Shown in pieces: positions 43,291 through 53,974 of a stretch of 64,000 nucleotides of DNA (the stretch's first letter is position 1; the number at the start of each line of letters is the position of its first letter). A program made the translations under genes and the position numbers. Where the stretch lies: assembly GCA_027923505.1 (NCBI GenBank), contig BROI01000002.1, positions 868,001 through 932,000 on the forward strand. The letters are read 5' to 3'. The notes beneath the pieces were generated by a model. That model did not search any database. It was not told where the DNA came from and was given only the letters and a program-made list of their open reading frames with translations. The DNA comes from Mayamaea pseudoterrestris (lineage: Eukaryota).

Positions 43291-46200
43291 ATGGATCCAT
43301 TACTAGGAAGTCTTAAAAATTCAGAAGAAAACGATGAAAGCAGCAACACCTACGACGAGGAGCTCGGCAATAGTGGCGCACTCTCCAACATGAGCGACCT
43401 TCCAGCCCCGTATGGAACAAGACCAGCGCCTGTTTTGCAAGGTGCGTTGCTGCAGTCAATACTTTCTGATTTTCCAAAAACTGAAAATAGGCGGGCACGG
43501 AAAACGAATGCTACAAACGACACTGATGATGATCCTTTTGCTTCCACTCCGTCAGACCAAGTAGAAGCAGATGACCTTGACGACGGATCTGATCATGCAC
43601 AAGAACCTGTTACAACGGATCCGACAACTCCACGAGCTAGCAATAGTAAATTACCTCATATCATGTCGTTACCGCCGAGGACAAGGTCATCTGGAGCTCG
43701 CCTGATTGGTGGCGCCAGCGAACATGAGCTGCGAGGATCCTTTATTGACGCGCTTCGCCGCGAAGGCCTTGCCACAATCAACTCGGATCGGTCCTTAATA
43801 CGGCCGGATCAAGGTAGTGCAGGTAGTGTCACGGCTGATGCAAATTATGCTTCTGGAACGTATGATTCTCCAACGACAACGACGAATCTACAACATTCAG
43901 CATCCACTCCTTTGCGATCCTCGGCTGGCGCTCGACTCATCACGACGAGTACTGATATACTATCCGCAGCATCGTTACAGCGCATCGATTTTGCCAGGCA
44001 ACCAAATACTCCCGTAACAAAAAGACCCAGCTTTCTCACGTCCAAGCTCATTAGTGCCCGACTAAAAAAGAGTCGATTTGCTCATCAAGGCAAGTCGCCG
44101 TCCGACTTGAACTATGTGGAGGAGCCAAGTGAGCCAATCAAGGCTGATGCAATGCGTCGCTTCAATCCTGGTCAATTAGTTTTAGTTAATAATCAAACGC
44201 TGGGATGGATGCGACTGGTCAATGCCTACGGCTTTCCGCCCGGATCTGGTGAATCAGTGGACGAACGCAGTGGGCCTTACCAATTCGTCTTGGCAAGCGT
44301 CAAGGAGGTGCACTTTGATGAGGTGCAACCATATTATACAGTCACCATTATACATTCAGGCGTTGAGGAGCGAGCCAATGGCGAGTACATGCACTCCATT
44401 CCCACGCTGGAAGGTGAGCAAGCTGCCATTAGAGCCGCGACGGAGGAGATTGATCAGGATGAATTGAATGACGAACTGGGAGCGGCGGGTCAAGCGGATA
44501 ATGAACATGAATTGGGCATTTGTGATCATTTGGCATTTTGTATCTTGTCCGTACTGGTGCCCTTCGTTTGGACGTATGACGTTTTAATGCATGTTGGGCG
44601 CAAGCACGTGTTACCTCTTGGTCGATTCGTCCTTGAAGTGGCGCGTGCGCAGGGTACCTTGGTTTTGGACGGCAAGAAACCTTACAGATGTCCCATGCGC
44701 TTTACGATTGTGAATTTTGTCGTGCTCTGCAGTGTTTGGTTTGTGTTCATGGACATGATACGACTTGCACTTTTGCCGTCGAGTCTGGATGATGCGATTG
44801 CACAAGTTGACCTTTTTGTCTGGATTGTCTTGATGCTTGAGCTTTTATTTCAGATATTTATTCGACCAGACGGCTTTAATAATTTGATATTATCCGACAA
44901 AGCGTACAGTCCAACGACGATTCGATACATCAGCTGGTTTCACCTTTCAATTGAGTTGATTTCAATGCTGTTGTTCATTCCAGAGTTCATTTGCGTATTG
45001 CCAAATCAGTTTTCTTGCAGCCAGGCATTGCCATTCTCGCTTCATAGAGCACTGTTGCGCGGAATTATTGGGCCGACACGACTACAAGCGTTTTTCGGGC
45101 ACGCCTACATTGCACTTGTACGGCTCCGCGTTTTTGGTTTGATACGGCACTGGAGAAATATGTGGATCACGAACACATTTGTAACAATGAAGTGGGCTGG
45201 ACATCATACAGCAGGCTTGAGAGCGTTAATTCCCTTGAAGACCGGCAAGAATGCACGCGAAAAGAAGGCACTCCTCGCGAAAAAGAAATTGACAACGGAA
45301 CAGCTTGAGCAAAGAAGGAAGGACTCTGTTTTGACCAACGCATCAACTATCGGTACAGCGCTCATGGCGACGAATTCCTATCGCGCACTTGGTTTGTATT
45401 GGTTCATCTTCGGACTGTTCCCTGTCATGTATTGCATCAGCCAATCATTTATAAACCCACTTGGTTACGAGATGACGAACTTACTTGAGCAAACGAACTT
45501 AATGGCAAACGACAATGCTGCTGAGACTTGTCAATTTCTTGGTAGTTCGATTTGGGCATGGATCACCTCCGTGGCAATGCAAAGTGGCGAAAAGGGCCGC
45601 TACAAAGACCCGTATCTCATGACAATGGAGATTGCCCCAAATCGATGCTCTTTTCAAGGCGAAAACGGAACCCTCCGCCAGTACTGCAAGACAGTCCAAG
45701 ATTTGGGTATTCCACAGAGCACCTTAGCGTTGCCGAGCTGGTCCGCGGAACGTCTTGAAGTGTTTCAAACGCTTTGTCAAGCCTGGAGTAAGACTTGGGG
45801 TGCACCCGACAAATCTCCGGAAAGTATTGCCACAGCAACCAACAAGCGAATAGGTTCGATAATGCCCTACAGCTCCATAAACTCGAGCAATCTGACACTT
45901 TATGAGGTTGGAGGAATATCAACTATCGAGAATGCAAATTATTCTGTGACGGCTGTGTTCGACGCGACGCTGAGCATTGAACTTGCGTAAGTATTCTGAA
46001 TTATTGTGATGCAACCATCAACGAAAGAGAATGGCTCATTTTTGCTCTTTGTAGTGCAAGCTCTTGCTTACTGTCACAAATTTGTCTGCTGTTTGTTGTT
46101 CTTGGAGGCTTGTCAGTGCTTCGAAGAGATGCTGAGGTATTGGTTCTTGATCCCTTGCGGCGAATGTTGAAAAAGGTTGCTCAGTACGCCAAAAATCCCC

Positions 46201-47883
46201 TTGCGCAGCCACATGCCAGACATTCCATTTCTCAATCTCAATACAGTGATAGCGATACAAGTACCTCATCTGATAGCAGTGGCGATGGTGAGCGAGAGCT
46301 TGGAAGCTTCGAAACCGAACGGCTAATTACTGCTGTAAATAAAATAACGGACTTGCTTCGGAAGTGTTGGGGTGTTGCAGGCGCTGACATTATCTCCACT
46401 AATTTGGCTGCACGTGAAGGCGCCTTAGAAGTTTTCAATCCTACTGTGCCTGGGAAGAGTGTCTATGCTCTCTTTGGCTTTGCTTATATAAACGACTTTG
46501 ATCATATTTTAATGTCACTCCAAGACGATGTGATGATTCTTATCAACGACGTTGCCGCTGTACTTCACGGGGAAGTATTTCGATGGGGATTTGGTGACTC
46601 AGGTAAAGTGCTGTTGCGTTGATATTTGCTACGCGCCGGATAGATTTGTTTCTGCTCGGTCAGCTGCACTCCCTCTGCTGACGTTGTGGTTCTCTTTCAT
46701 GCTATCAGGACAATGCAACAAGAACCTTGGTGCAGCGTTTTTGATGGTATTTCGCATCGGTCTGGTCAACGAGGTAATTGAAAAGCTAGAGCAAGCAACT
46801 GATGTGATATTTAGCACTTCCAAAGGAACAACGACACAAGGGGCGGCAGCCAATCGTTCACATCGTTCACACCAACGAATATGCTCCCAAGTTAACAGCA
46901 ATCGAAACTCTCAAGAGTCAAACCGATCCGTTGGTTCCAGCGGTCGCGATGACATGTCCACCGGCTCCTCGCATATGCGCACGAAGCGCACTCGTGCACT
47001 CAAGAAGAAGAGAGAAATCGATCCAAAGACACTTTCGCTTCAGTCGCTGCCTGGTATTAGCACATTTACCGACCGGGCGGTCATTGGTATGCTAAAGGCT
47101 TTTGCCGGCGTACATCGTGACAACAAGATTCGTAACTGGAACAATGATTTTCGTCTGAGCGCAGGTGTCGGAGCGTTCGAGGTGAGCATGATATTCGGCA
47201 TGGATGCAGGCTGGGCCGTCGAAGGTGCCGTCGGTAGCGAATATAAGATTGACGCGACCTATCTCAGTCCGCATGTTAACATGGCGAGTCGCATGATGAT
47301 GGCTAGCAAGCAGTATGGTGTTAAAATCATGCTCAGTCAGTCGGTGCAGGAGCTCATGAGCGATGTTGCCAATACCAAGTTACGCCACTTGGATACAGTC
47401 ACAGTCAAGGGGTCGTCCGTGAAGCAGCGAATTTATACGTACGATGCTCGAGCCCAAGGGGTTGATTTCTTCTTGTTTAGTCGGACGGATGAGCAGGCTG
47501 ATTACGATGCGGAAAAATACACTCCTCGTATTTGGGACACGGATCAAGACTTGCTATCCATGCGGCAGCATGTTTCCGAACACTTCCTTACCGTGTACAA
47601 TAGAGGTCACAAGGCGTACATTCAAGGCGACTGGGAGAAGGCTCTTCCATTGCTGGAACGAGCCAACGAAATCATGGTTGAAACAGCGCTGGAGGAAGGC
47701 TATCTAGAGGACCAATTTGAGGCTTTGGAGATGCAATCTGGAGACGACGCCAAGGCAGCCGAGGAGGAGCTCAAGCGCATGAATGGCGACGGTCCTAGTC
47801 TGTATCTTGTAGCATTCATTAAGTCGTTCGGCGGCAAGGCGCCCGACGATTGGGAGGGTTGGCATCCGCTGACTCGCAAATAG
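43291..47883 (+). CDS. Ion-channel-like TM domain fused to a class III nucleotidyl cyclase (ciliate/apicomplexan ACalpha type); introns 45987-46054 and 46603-46708
   Basis: TM block with S4-like VRLRVFGLIRHWR; GVAGADII, PGKSVYALFGF, NKNLG, GWAVEGAVGSEYKIDATYLSPHVNMASR, TVKGS; TPR-like C-terminus GDWEKA...DGPS...APDDWEGW. Confidence 0.88.
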
Positions 47884-48073
47884 TAGATACGAACAATAAG
47901 AAACACAAAAACGCTCATCTACTAATCACGACATGTTGCCGTAGCTCTTATGGCGAAAGACTTCTAAACCAAGGACCAATTAATCAGTTCCGGCAGAAGC
48001 GCCTGCTTAAAGGTCATTCAATCATCTCCAAGGTCATGACATCCGCTCCAGGTGGCAAAAGCCTTTGTGCTAT

Positions 48074-48643
48074 TTACAAATCATCATCCTCAGAAGGATC
48101 AGGCTGCGCAGTAGGAGCTGAATTATCGTTGCTTGACGCGGTCGGGTTTGATCCAAACTCCCAATCCTGTCGACAGATTGGACAAGAATTCTTGGATGTC
48201 GTTTGACTTAACCACTTGCCGACACACTGCAAGTGAAAGGCATGCTTGCATTTACCGTAGACGACGGGGCAGTCGTCGCCCGGATACTTGATTCCAGGAG
48301 CTGTCGATTCGTAGGCGTTTTGACAAATGGAGCAAACGTCGCCCGGATCACCAGCGTTCCAAGTCCACTGCGCGACAGCTGTAAAACGTTATAAATAAAC
48401 AAATCAGACATTTGCGTAATGAGAAATATAAGGAATAAAAGATAGAGAGTAGGAGAAGACCAAAGCCTTCATGAAAGGGGTACTTTCGAATTGGTGTTTG
48501 CACGCATGCGATGTCAATTCTCTCACTCTATTTCGACATGACTATTCTTCTCGTCAAAACGCACCATGAAACCTCTTGACGCGCACCACGAGACGTCGCT
48601 GCGGCTGTTGCTCCGTCAACTGTGTCGTCGGTTGACTCGCCAT
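48074..48643 (-). CDS. APC11: Anaphase-promoting complex subunit 11 (RING-H2); exons 48643-48565 and 48378-48074
   Basis: Spliced product VRVKRFHAVAQWTW..DVCSICQNAYE...PGDDCPVVYGKCKHAFHLQCVGKWL...CPICRQDW; not present intact in the ORF track. Confidence 0.9.
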
Positions 48644-49105
48644 GTAACGATTGCCGCTTGCTGGCTGCTGCTGCTGATTGATTGTTTGTAGTGGCGCTGA
48701 ATGGTGCACAACGGTCTCTCTGGTCGCCCGTTTGCGGCTCGATGACATAAGCAATGGCTACAAACGACTTTTGAAAAACGTCACTGATGGTTGAAGATGC
48801 TGGAAAGATGGATTGTTGCGCTGCGAAACGTTTCAGGCCGCCATGATGGACGTGGGAAACGTTTGGGAGCGCCATTTTGCGCTCGGCGACGCCTCGGACC
48901 ATTCATGTCGTAACGGCAATACGTTATTGTCGCAGTTGAATCGCTGCGGTACTAAAGTAATGATCGGCAGCATCTCCCATGGATTCGAGCAGACGCCAAT
49001 TGAATGAAATAGCTGCAAGGGATCAAATAACACGGGGATCTGCGTCTCTTGCATGGATTTTTGCTGCTCTGGAGTTTTTACAGACGAGTCAAAGTTTTGG
49101 TTAAC

Positions 49106-50749
49106 ATGACCACGAGAAATAACCATCATGTCGACGACAATCTCGTCTCGGCCATGGAAGGCATATCCATGGAACGAAGCACAAGTTTTCGCTACGAGGA
49201 GCTTGGTCCTCCTTCGTCACCACTAGCTTTTGATGCTCCAATACTAGAGCGCGGACGTCGAGACCAAGTTTTGTGCTACATTCCAGCGACTGGCTCGCAT
49301 CAAGTATTCAAAAATGTACTCTTTCGCAATCCGCATCCACTCCACAAGCTCAAACAGGCCTACTGGCCCGTTCCGGAAAAGAGTACCATCAAAACAATCA
49401 TGGGCCACGTTGAAATCTGCTTGATACTAGAACGTTGCATAAGACAGAGAGAGGATGACGAATCATTTGATGACGACTCCGAAAACGACGACGACGACGA
49501 TGAAGAAATTGTATTTGAACTAACTGATCGAATGGTTGCCGTCAAGGTCAATTACATTGAACGCATTGAACGGCTCAAAACCAAGCACGCCGAAGACCCC
49601 ATGAAGGAAATATCCGCCATGCAGCTTGCCGGAAACAATCATCCAAACGTACTTGGACTAGTGGAAGTCTTGTTTGACGGTCGCAACGTGAATTGCGTGT
49701 TGCGATACTGCGACTCGGGCGATTTGTTCCAGCTGCTGCAGGAGAGTCAACCGTCCAAGGCGCCGCAGCAGCAGCAGCAGCAACAACCAGGACAGCCGGA
49801 ACCAGTGGCCCGCTACTGGTTTCGGCAGCTTGTCGAGGGAGTCAAGTATATACACTCGCGGGGTATGTGCATGTTGCGCTGGCTGCTAGGAGTTAGCAGG
49901 TTGCAGGTTTTGTCATCTGATTTTAGGCTTTATTTCTTACTAATCGCGTCTTTCGTCTTTTTAGGCATTTGCCATCGCGATTTGTCTCCGGAAAATGTCA
50001 TGATTGACAAGGACGGCTGCTTGATCATTGACTTTGGCATGTGTTTGCGCATGCCGTATTTAGAAAATGATCACGCCGCAGCAACGATGACGGACGTAAC
50101 GAGAGGGACGCGGCGCTGCTTGATGAAGCCGCAAGGAGCATGCGGAAAGCTGCCGTACATGAGGTGAGTCGGTGATTGTGGGCAGCAGTCTCCTATACAT
50201 GCAGCGGCTTCTAATCGCTCCTTGCATTAATTATGCTTCGCGTACTGACACCCGAAACGAACATGTATGCAGTCCAGAAATTTTCAAGAATCGTGAGCCG
50301 TTCGACGGAGAGCTCGTCGATGTTTGGACCCTTGGGACAATTTTATTCTGTATGCTAACAGGAAATCGCTCATACCAACAGGTAAGCAACATTTGCTCCA
50401 TCTCAACGCAGTAGCCTGCGTTGACACAGATCAACTAATGTCTCAATCTTGCTATAGCCACATCCGTCAGATGCTCAATTTTATTGGATGACTCATGGAT
50501 TGCCTCAGCTTCTGGCCGACTGGTCGGTCAGTCTGAGCTCCGACGGGGTAGATTTGCTTCAGCAGCTACTGCAAATCAACCCGAGATTAAGAATAAATCT
50601 TGCAGGCATTGAGCGACATCCGTAAGTGGAATATGTCTTTCGGTCACTCGTTGTAACAGGTCGACGACTCAGATATCATTCTTTGTCTATACTTTTCTGG
50701 CAGATGGATGATGCTCCCTGATGAAAGACCGACTCAAATCGTCGTATGA
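49106..50749 (+). CDS. Ser/Thr protein kinase (CAMK-like); introns 49863-49964, 50164-50272, 50382-50457, 50622-50703
   Basis: VAVK, EDPMKEISAMQ, HRDLSPEN, DFG, CGKLPYMSPE, DVWTLG, HPW. Confidence 0.9.
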
Positions 50750-50902
50750 GCGTATCGGTGTATGCAGCCGCTTCCCTATTGAAATTGTCGATGCATCGCT
50801 TGTTTGTGAAAAGCTTTAGCTAGCTCGACGAACGAGCCAACCGTATTTGTTGTAAAAATGTATGAATATAACAAGTAACTAGCTCAATCATTTTACATCT
50901 AC

Positions 50903-52138
50903 CTATGACAACATGCCCAACGATGAAGTAATGGCAAGTATGGATGCGATACCTGAAATGAGTGCAGCAAACTTCTTCCATTTGTGCTCTTGGTCTTCCC
51001 ATTCCTCCGGTATTACTTCAGTTGCACCGACGTAGATGAATGTTCCCGCAACAAGTGCAAGCATAATCGAGTCGACAGCAGGTGCGGCAAACTCATTCAC
51101 CGCCATGCCCAAACCAACACCAATAGGCCCCATGCACGAAAATATTGAAAGGTATTGCATAATCTCACTCTCCTTCATTCCAGACTTGAGAAAAGCCACC
51201 AACAAGGCAATCGACTCCGCTGGTTGATGCAATGCTATACTTAACGTGAGCAGCGCGCAATCCTCAAACGAATCAGCCAGGCCCAAGGCCATCATTTCAA
51301 GCACGCTATGCACTGCCAATGCTCCAAGGAGAATGACAGCGCTACGTCCACTCGTGCTTTCCGCTCTCGCAACCTCCGACGGCGTCCGTTGGTGGTTGCT
51401 GTTGCCTATTACTGCTCCTGGCTTGCGTGAGCCGTTGGCAACCGGATGAGCATGTCCATGTTTACTGCCACCATGCTCCAGCTCATGCAACGCCCCGTGA
51501 GCATCAAAGGCAACCTTTTCCACAAAAAAGATTAACAAGTAACCAGCGAGTACCAGCAAATATGGCGTCACTTCCGGAAAAACGTTCTTGTCCAGCCCGT
51601 GGACACACTCTGGAATCAAATGACCAAAGGCTAGCGACAAGAAGACGCCTCCCGAAAACGCATTGGCAAGTCCAAGGGCTACCTTGTTCTCCGTCATTTT
51701 ACGAGACTTTAATGGAACTAACCAAAAGAAGACGTTGATCGCAGTCAAAAGGGCTTGAAAAATAACCTTCCATAGATGCAAGGGAATGCCATAGGGAGGC
51801 TGCTTTGCAGAAACTAGACTCTGCGCATGACTATGCCCACCTCGAGGAATCTTGTCAACGCAGCTGGAGCAGCAGTCGCATTTGGATGGTGCTTCTCGCC
51901 AATATGGTTGCGACACGGATGATGCGAGCAGAATCGCACGAGCCTTGGAGAAATGAGGACTACTGGTGGTGCTCGGGCAGTTCTGCTGTAACGATTGCTG
52001 CTGCCTGTGAGGTTTCTTGTGAAAAAGCTTATTCTTCTTCCAAGCTGAAACTGCTTCTGAAACTGATACAGTCTCTGTTAAAATGACGAGAATGAGCGTC
52101 AAGAGGCCCTTGGTGTGTCGAGCGGATAACGGTAGCAT
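50903..52138 (-). CDS. ZIP-family (Zrt/Irt-like) metal transporter with an N-terminal signal/extension
   Basis: NAFSGGVFL...HLIPE, His-rich loop, HSVLE..ALG, LHQPAE, AGTFIYV. Confidence 0.92.
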   Translation of the reverse strand: MLPLSARHTKGLLTLILVILTETVSVSEAVSAWKKNKLFHKKPHRQQQSLQQNCPSTTSSPHFSKARAILLASSVSQPYWREAPSKCDCCSSCVDKIPRGGHSHAQSLVSAKQPPYGIPLHLWKVIFQALLTAINVFFWLVPLKSRKMTENKVALGLANAFSGGVFLSLAFGHLIPECVHGLDKNVFPEVTPYLLVLAGYLLIFFVEKVAFDAHGALHELEHGGSKHGHAHPVANGSRKPGAVIGNSNHQRTPSEVARAESTSGRSAVILLGALAVHSVLEMMALGLADSFEDCALLTLSIALHQPAESIALLVAFLKSGMKESEIMQYLSIFSCMGPIGVGLGMAVNEFAAPAVDSIMLALVAGTFIYVGATEVIPEEWEDQEHKWKKFAALISGIASILAITSSLGMLS

Positions 52139-52457
52139 GTTTCGCCCCTCTTTTTGTCGTTTGCCTTTCTGTGTTATATTGTCAATTCTGTCACGATCAC
52201 GAATCTTTCACGTCTTCTTGACAATGTATTGGACAATCTACTTGCTCCTTTTGACGGTGAGAAGCGCTGGATACATGCGATTTCTGTGGGATCATGGTGG
52301 CACATCCAATCGATGGACGCATCCAATTTAGCCCCATCCCTAACTCACGGCCGATGCCGCGCCACGCATGCTACCCTTTTAACGGCACGTAGAGTAATCT
52401 ACCTATAACCAATAGCATTAGACACATCGTATAGAAACTATACAGCTCTAAGATTGT

Positions 52458-53687
52458 TTACTTGTCGACTCTTAGCGTAGGGCCAAGCATCGACAAGAAC
52501 TTTCGTCGCGCGGTGGCCAGCGCCTGCACCTGCGACTCTGCCACGCGTAACGCGGCACCATCACTTGGCACAAACAGCAAGACTGGTTCCTCCAGTGGCT
52601 CGGGAATGAGCCCCTGCACCATCAGCCTTCGATGTGCAAACGACGCAGTAGTGTCATGCTGCTGCTGCTGCGATTGCAACCAAGCATGCTCCATGACGTT
52701 TCGACTCGACAGGCGCTTGCGTGGATCCAAAGTGACAAGCTGTTCCAGCAGCTCGACCAAGTGGTCACTCTCTGTTGCTCGTGGCAATATACTTGCCATG
52801 CCTTTGGGCGGAACCGCTTCGAAACGAAGCTTGGTGTAATCTGGAGTAATTGCTGCAACATCTGGCCACGAGTCGATTGTTGGAGTTCCTAGCGCGCGAA
52901 AGATAAGGGTTAATTGATCCAGCACGCTGCGGCCCGGAAACAAGGGTCGTCCCAGTAGCAGCTCGCATACTACCAAGCCAGCCGAGTAAACATCGACAGA
53001 GGCGTCGGTGGGTGCACATCCAAGCAGCATTTCTGGTGGGCGATAGTGCAATGTACAAAGGCCTCGAGGTATTGTCGAATAGCTTGATGTTGCGTCTTGA
53101 TTATTCAAAGCAGCCGCAGCAATAGAAGTAGTGAATTGTGAGAGTCCAAAGTCGCAAATTTGCACGTGGCCGGTCGGTGTCACGAGCAAATTGGCCGGGG
53201 TCACGTCGAGATGCAAAACGTCGTGAGAATGCAAGTGATCGAGACCTGCAAACAAGTCTCGCGCAATGCTTTTAATGACAGGCATGGAAATTAATGGAAG
53301 AAACGATTTTCGTCGCCATTGCATGGTGAATGCAAGGTCCGTCGGACAGTAGTCAAACGCCAGCGACAAGGACGGCCCGCTGGAATACATGGCGCGAAGA
53401 GTCACGACATGGTCATGCGAACCCAACTTCCGAAGCGCCGCAACTTCGTTCGCAACATCTGGACTATACTCTTGGTGGTTGGTGGATTGAAACAAGGCTT
53501 TGACGGCAACGACGCGAACCTCGGAGGCATGATGAATGATTGCCAATGATATTTCTCCAAAGGCGCCGCTCGCCATGCGCGAATTGGGGACTGTTATAAC
53601 GTGTTCCGAGCCAAAATAATCCATCCCAATAGATGAAGAGGATGTTGCTTTATGAGTTACATGGTTGGTCTCGCTATTTTCACTCAT
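52458..53687 (-). CDS. Divergent CDK-like Ser/Thr kinase
   Basis: ASGAFGEI, VAVK, HLDVTPANLL, DFG, TLHYRPPEMLLG, PLFPGRSVLDQL..I...LGTP...WP. Confidence 0.85.
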   Translation of the reverse strand: MSENSETNHVTHKATSSSSIGMDYFGSEHVITVPNSRMASGAFGEISLAIIHHASEVRVVAVKALFQSTNHQEYSPDVANEVAALRKLGSHDHVVTLRAMYSSGPSLSLAFDYCPTDLAFTMQWRRKSFLPLISMPVIKSIARDLFAGLDHLHSHDVLHLDVTPANLLVTPTGHVQICDFGLSQFTTSIAAAALNNQDATSSYSTIPRGLCTLHYRPPEMLLGCAPTDASVDVYSAGLVVCELLLGRPLFPGRSVLDQLTLIFRALGTPTIDSWPDVAAITPDYTKLRFEAVPPKGMASILPRATESDHLVELLEQLVTLDPRKRLSSRNVMEHAWLQSQQQQHDTTASFAHRRLMVQGLIPEPLEEPVLLFVPSDGAALRVAESQVQALATARRKFLSMLGPTLRVDK

Positions 53688-53974
53688 AATGACGGAATAA
53701 ACAAGGATGGTCGCCCATCATGCGTTTCAATGTGATGGAACAAAACATTCATTCATTTTTGTGTCGTATGGTTACTCCTACCACGGTACTCAATTTTCAG
53801 CGATGCAGTACCGATACGACGCTCATTCCTACGTCACTCGCAGATTACGTCACACAACACACAATCGGCGCTTGTTGATGTTTGTTCGACAGCAGGCCAT
53901 CATACAGCCTCCAAGAAGGCCTCCCCCGTCGTCCAAAAGGAAGAACAACATCAGAACCATCAACCTTTGTTGCC

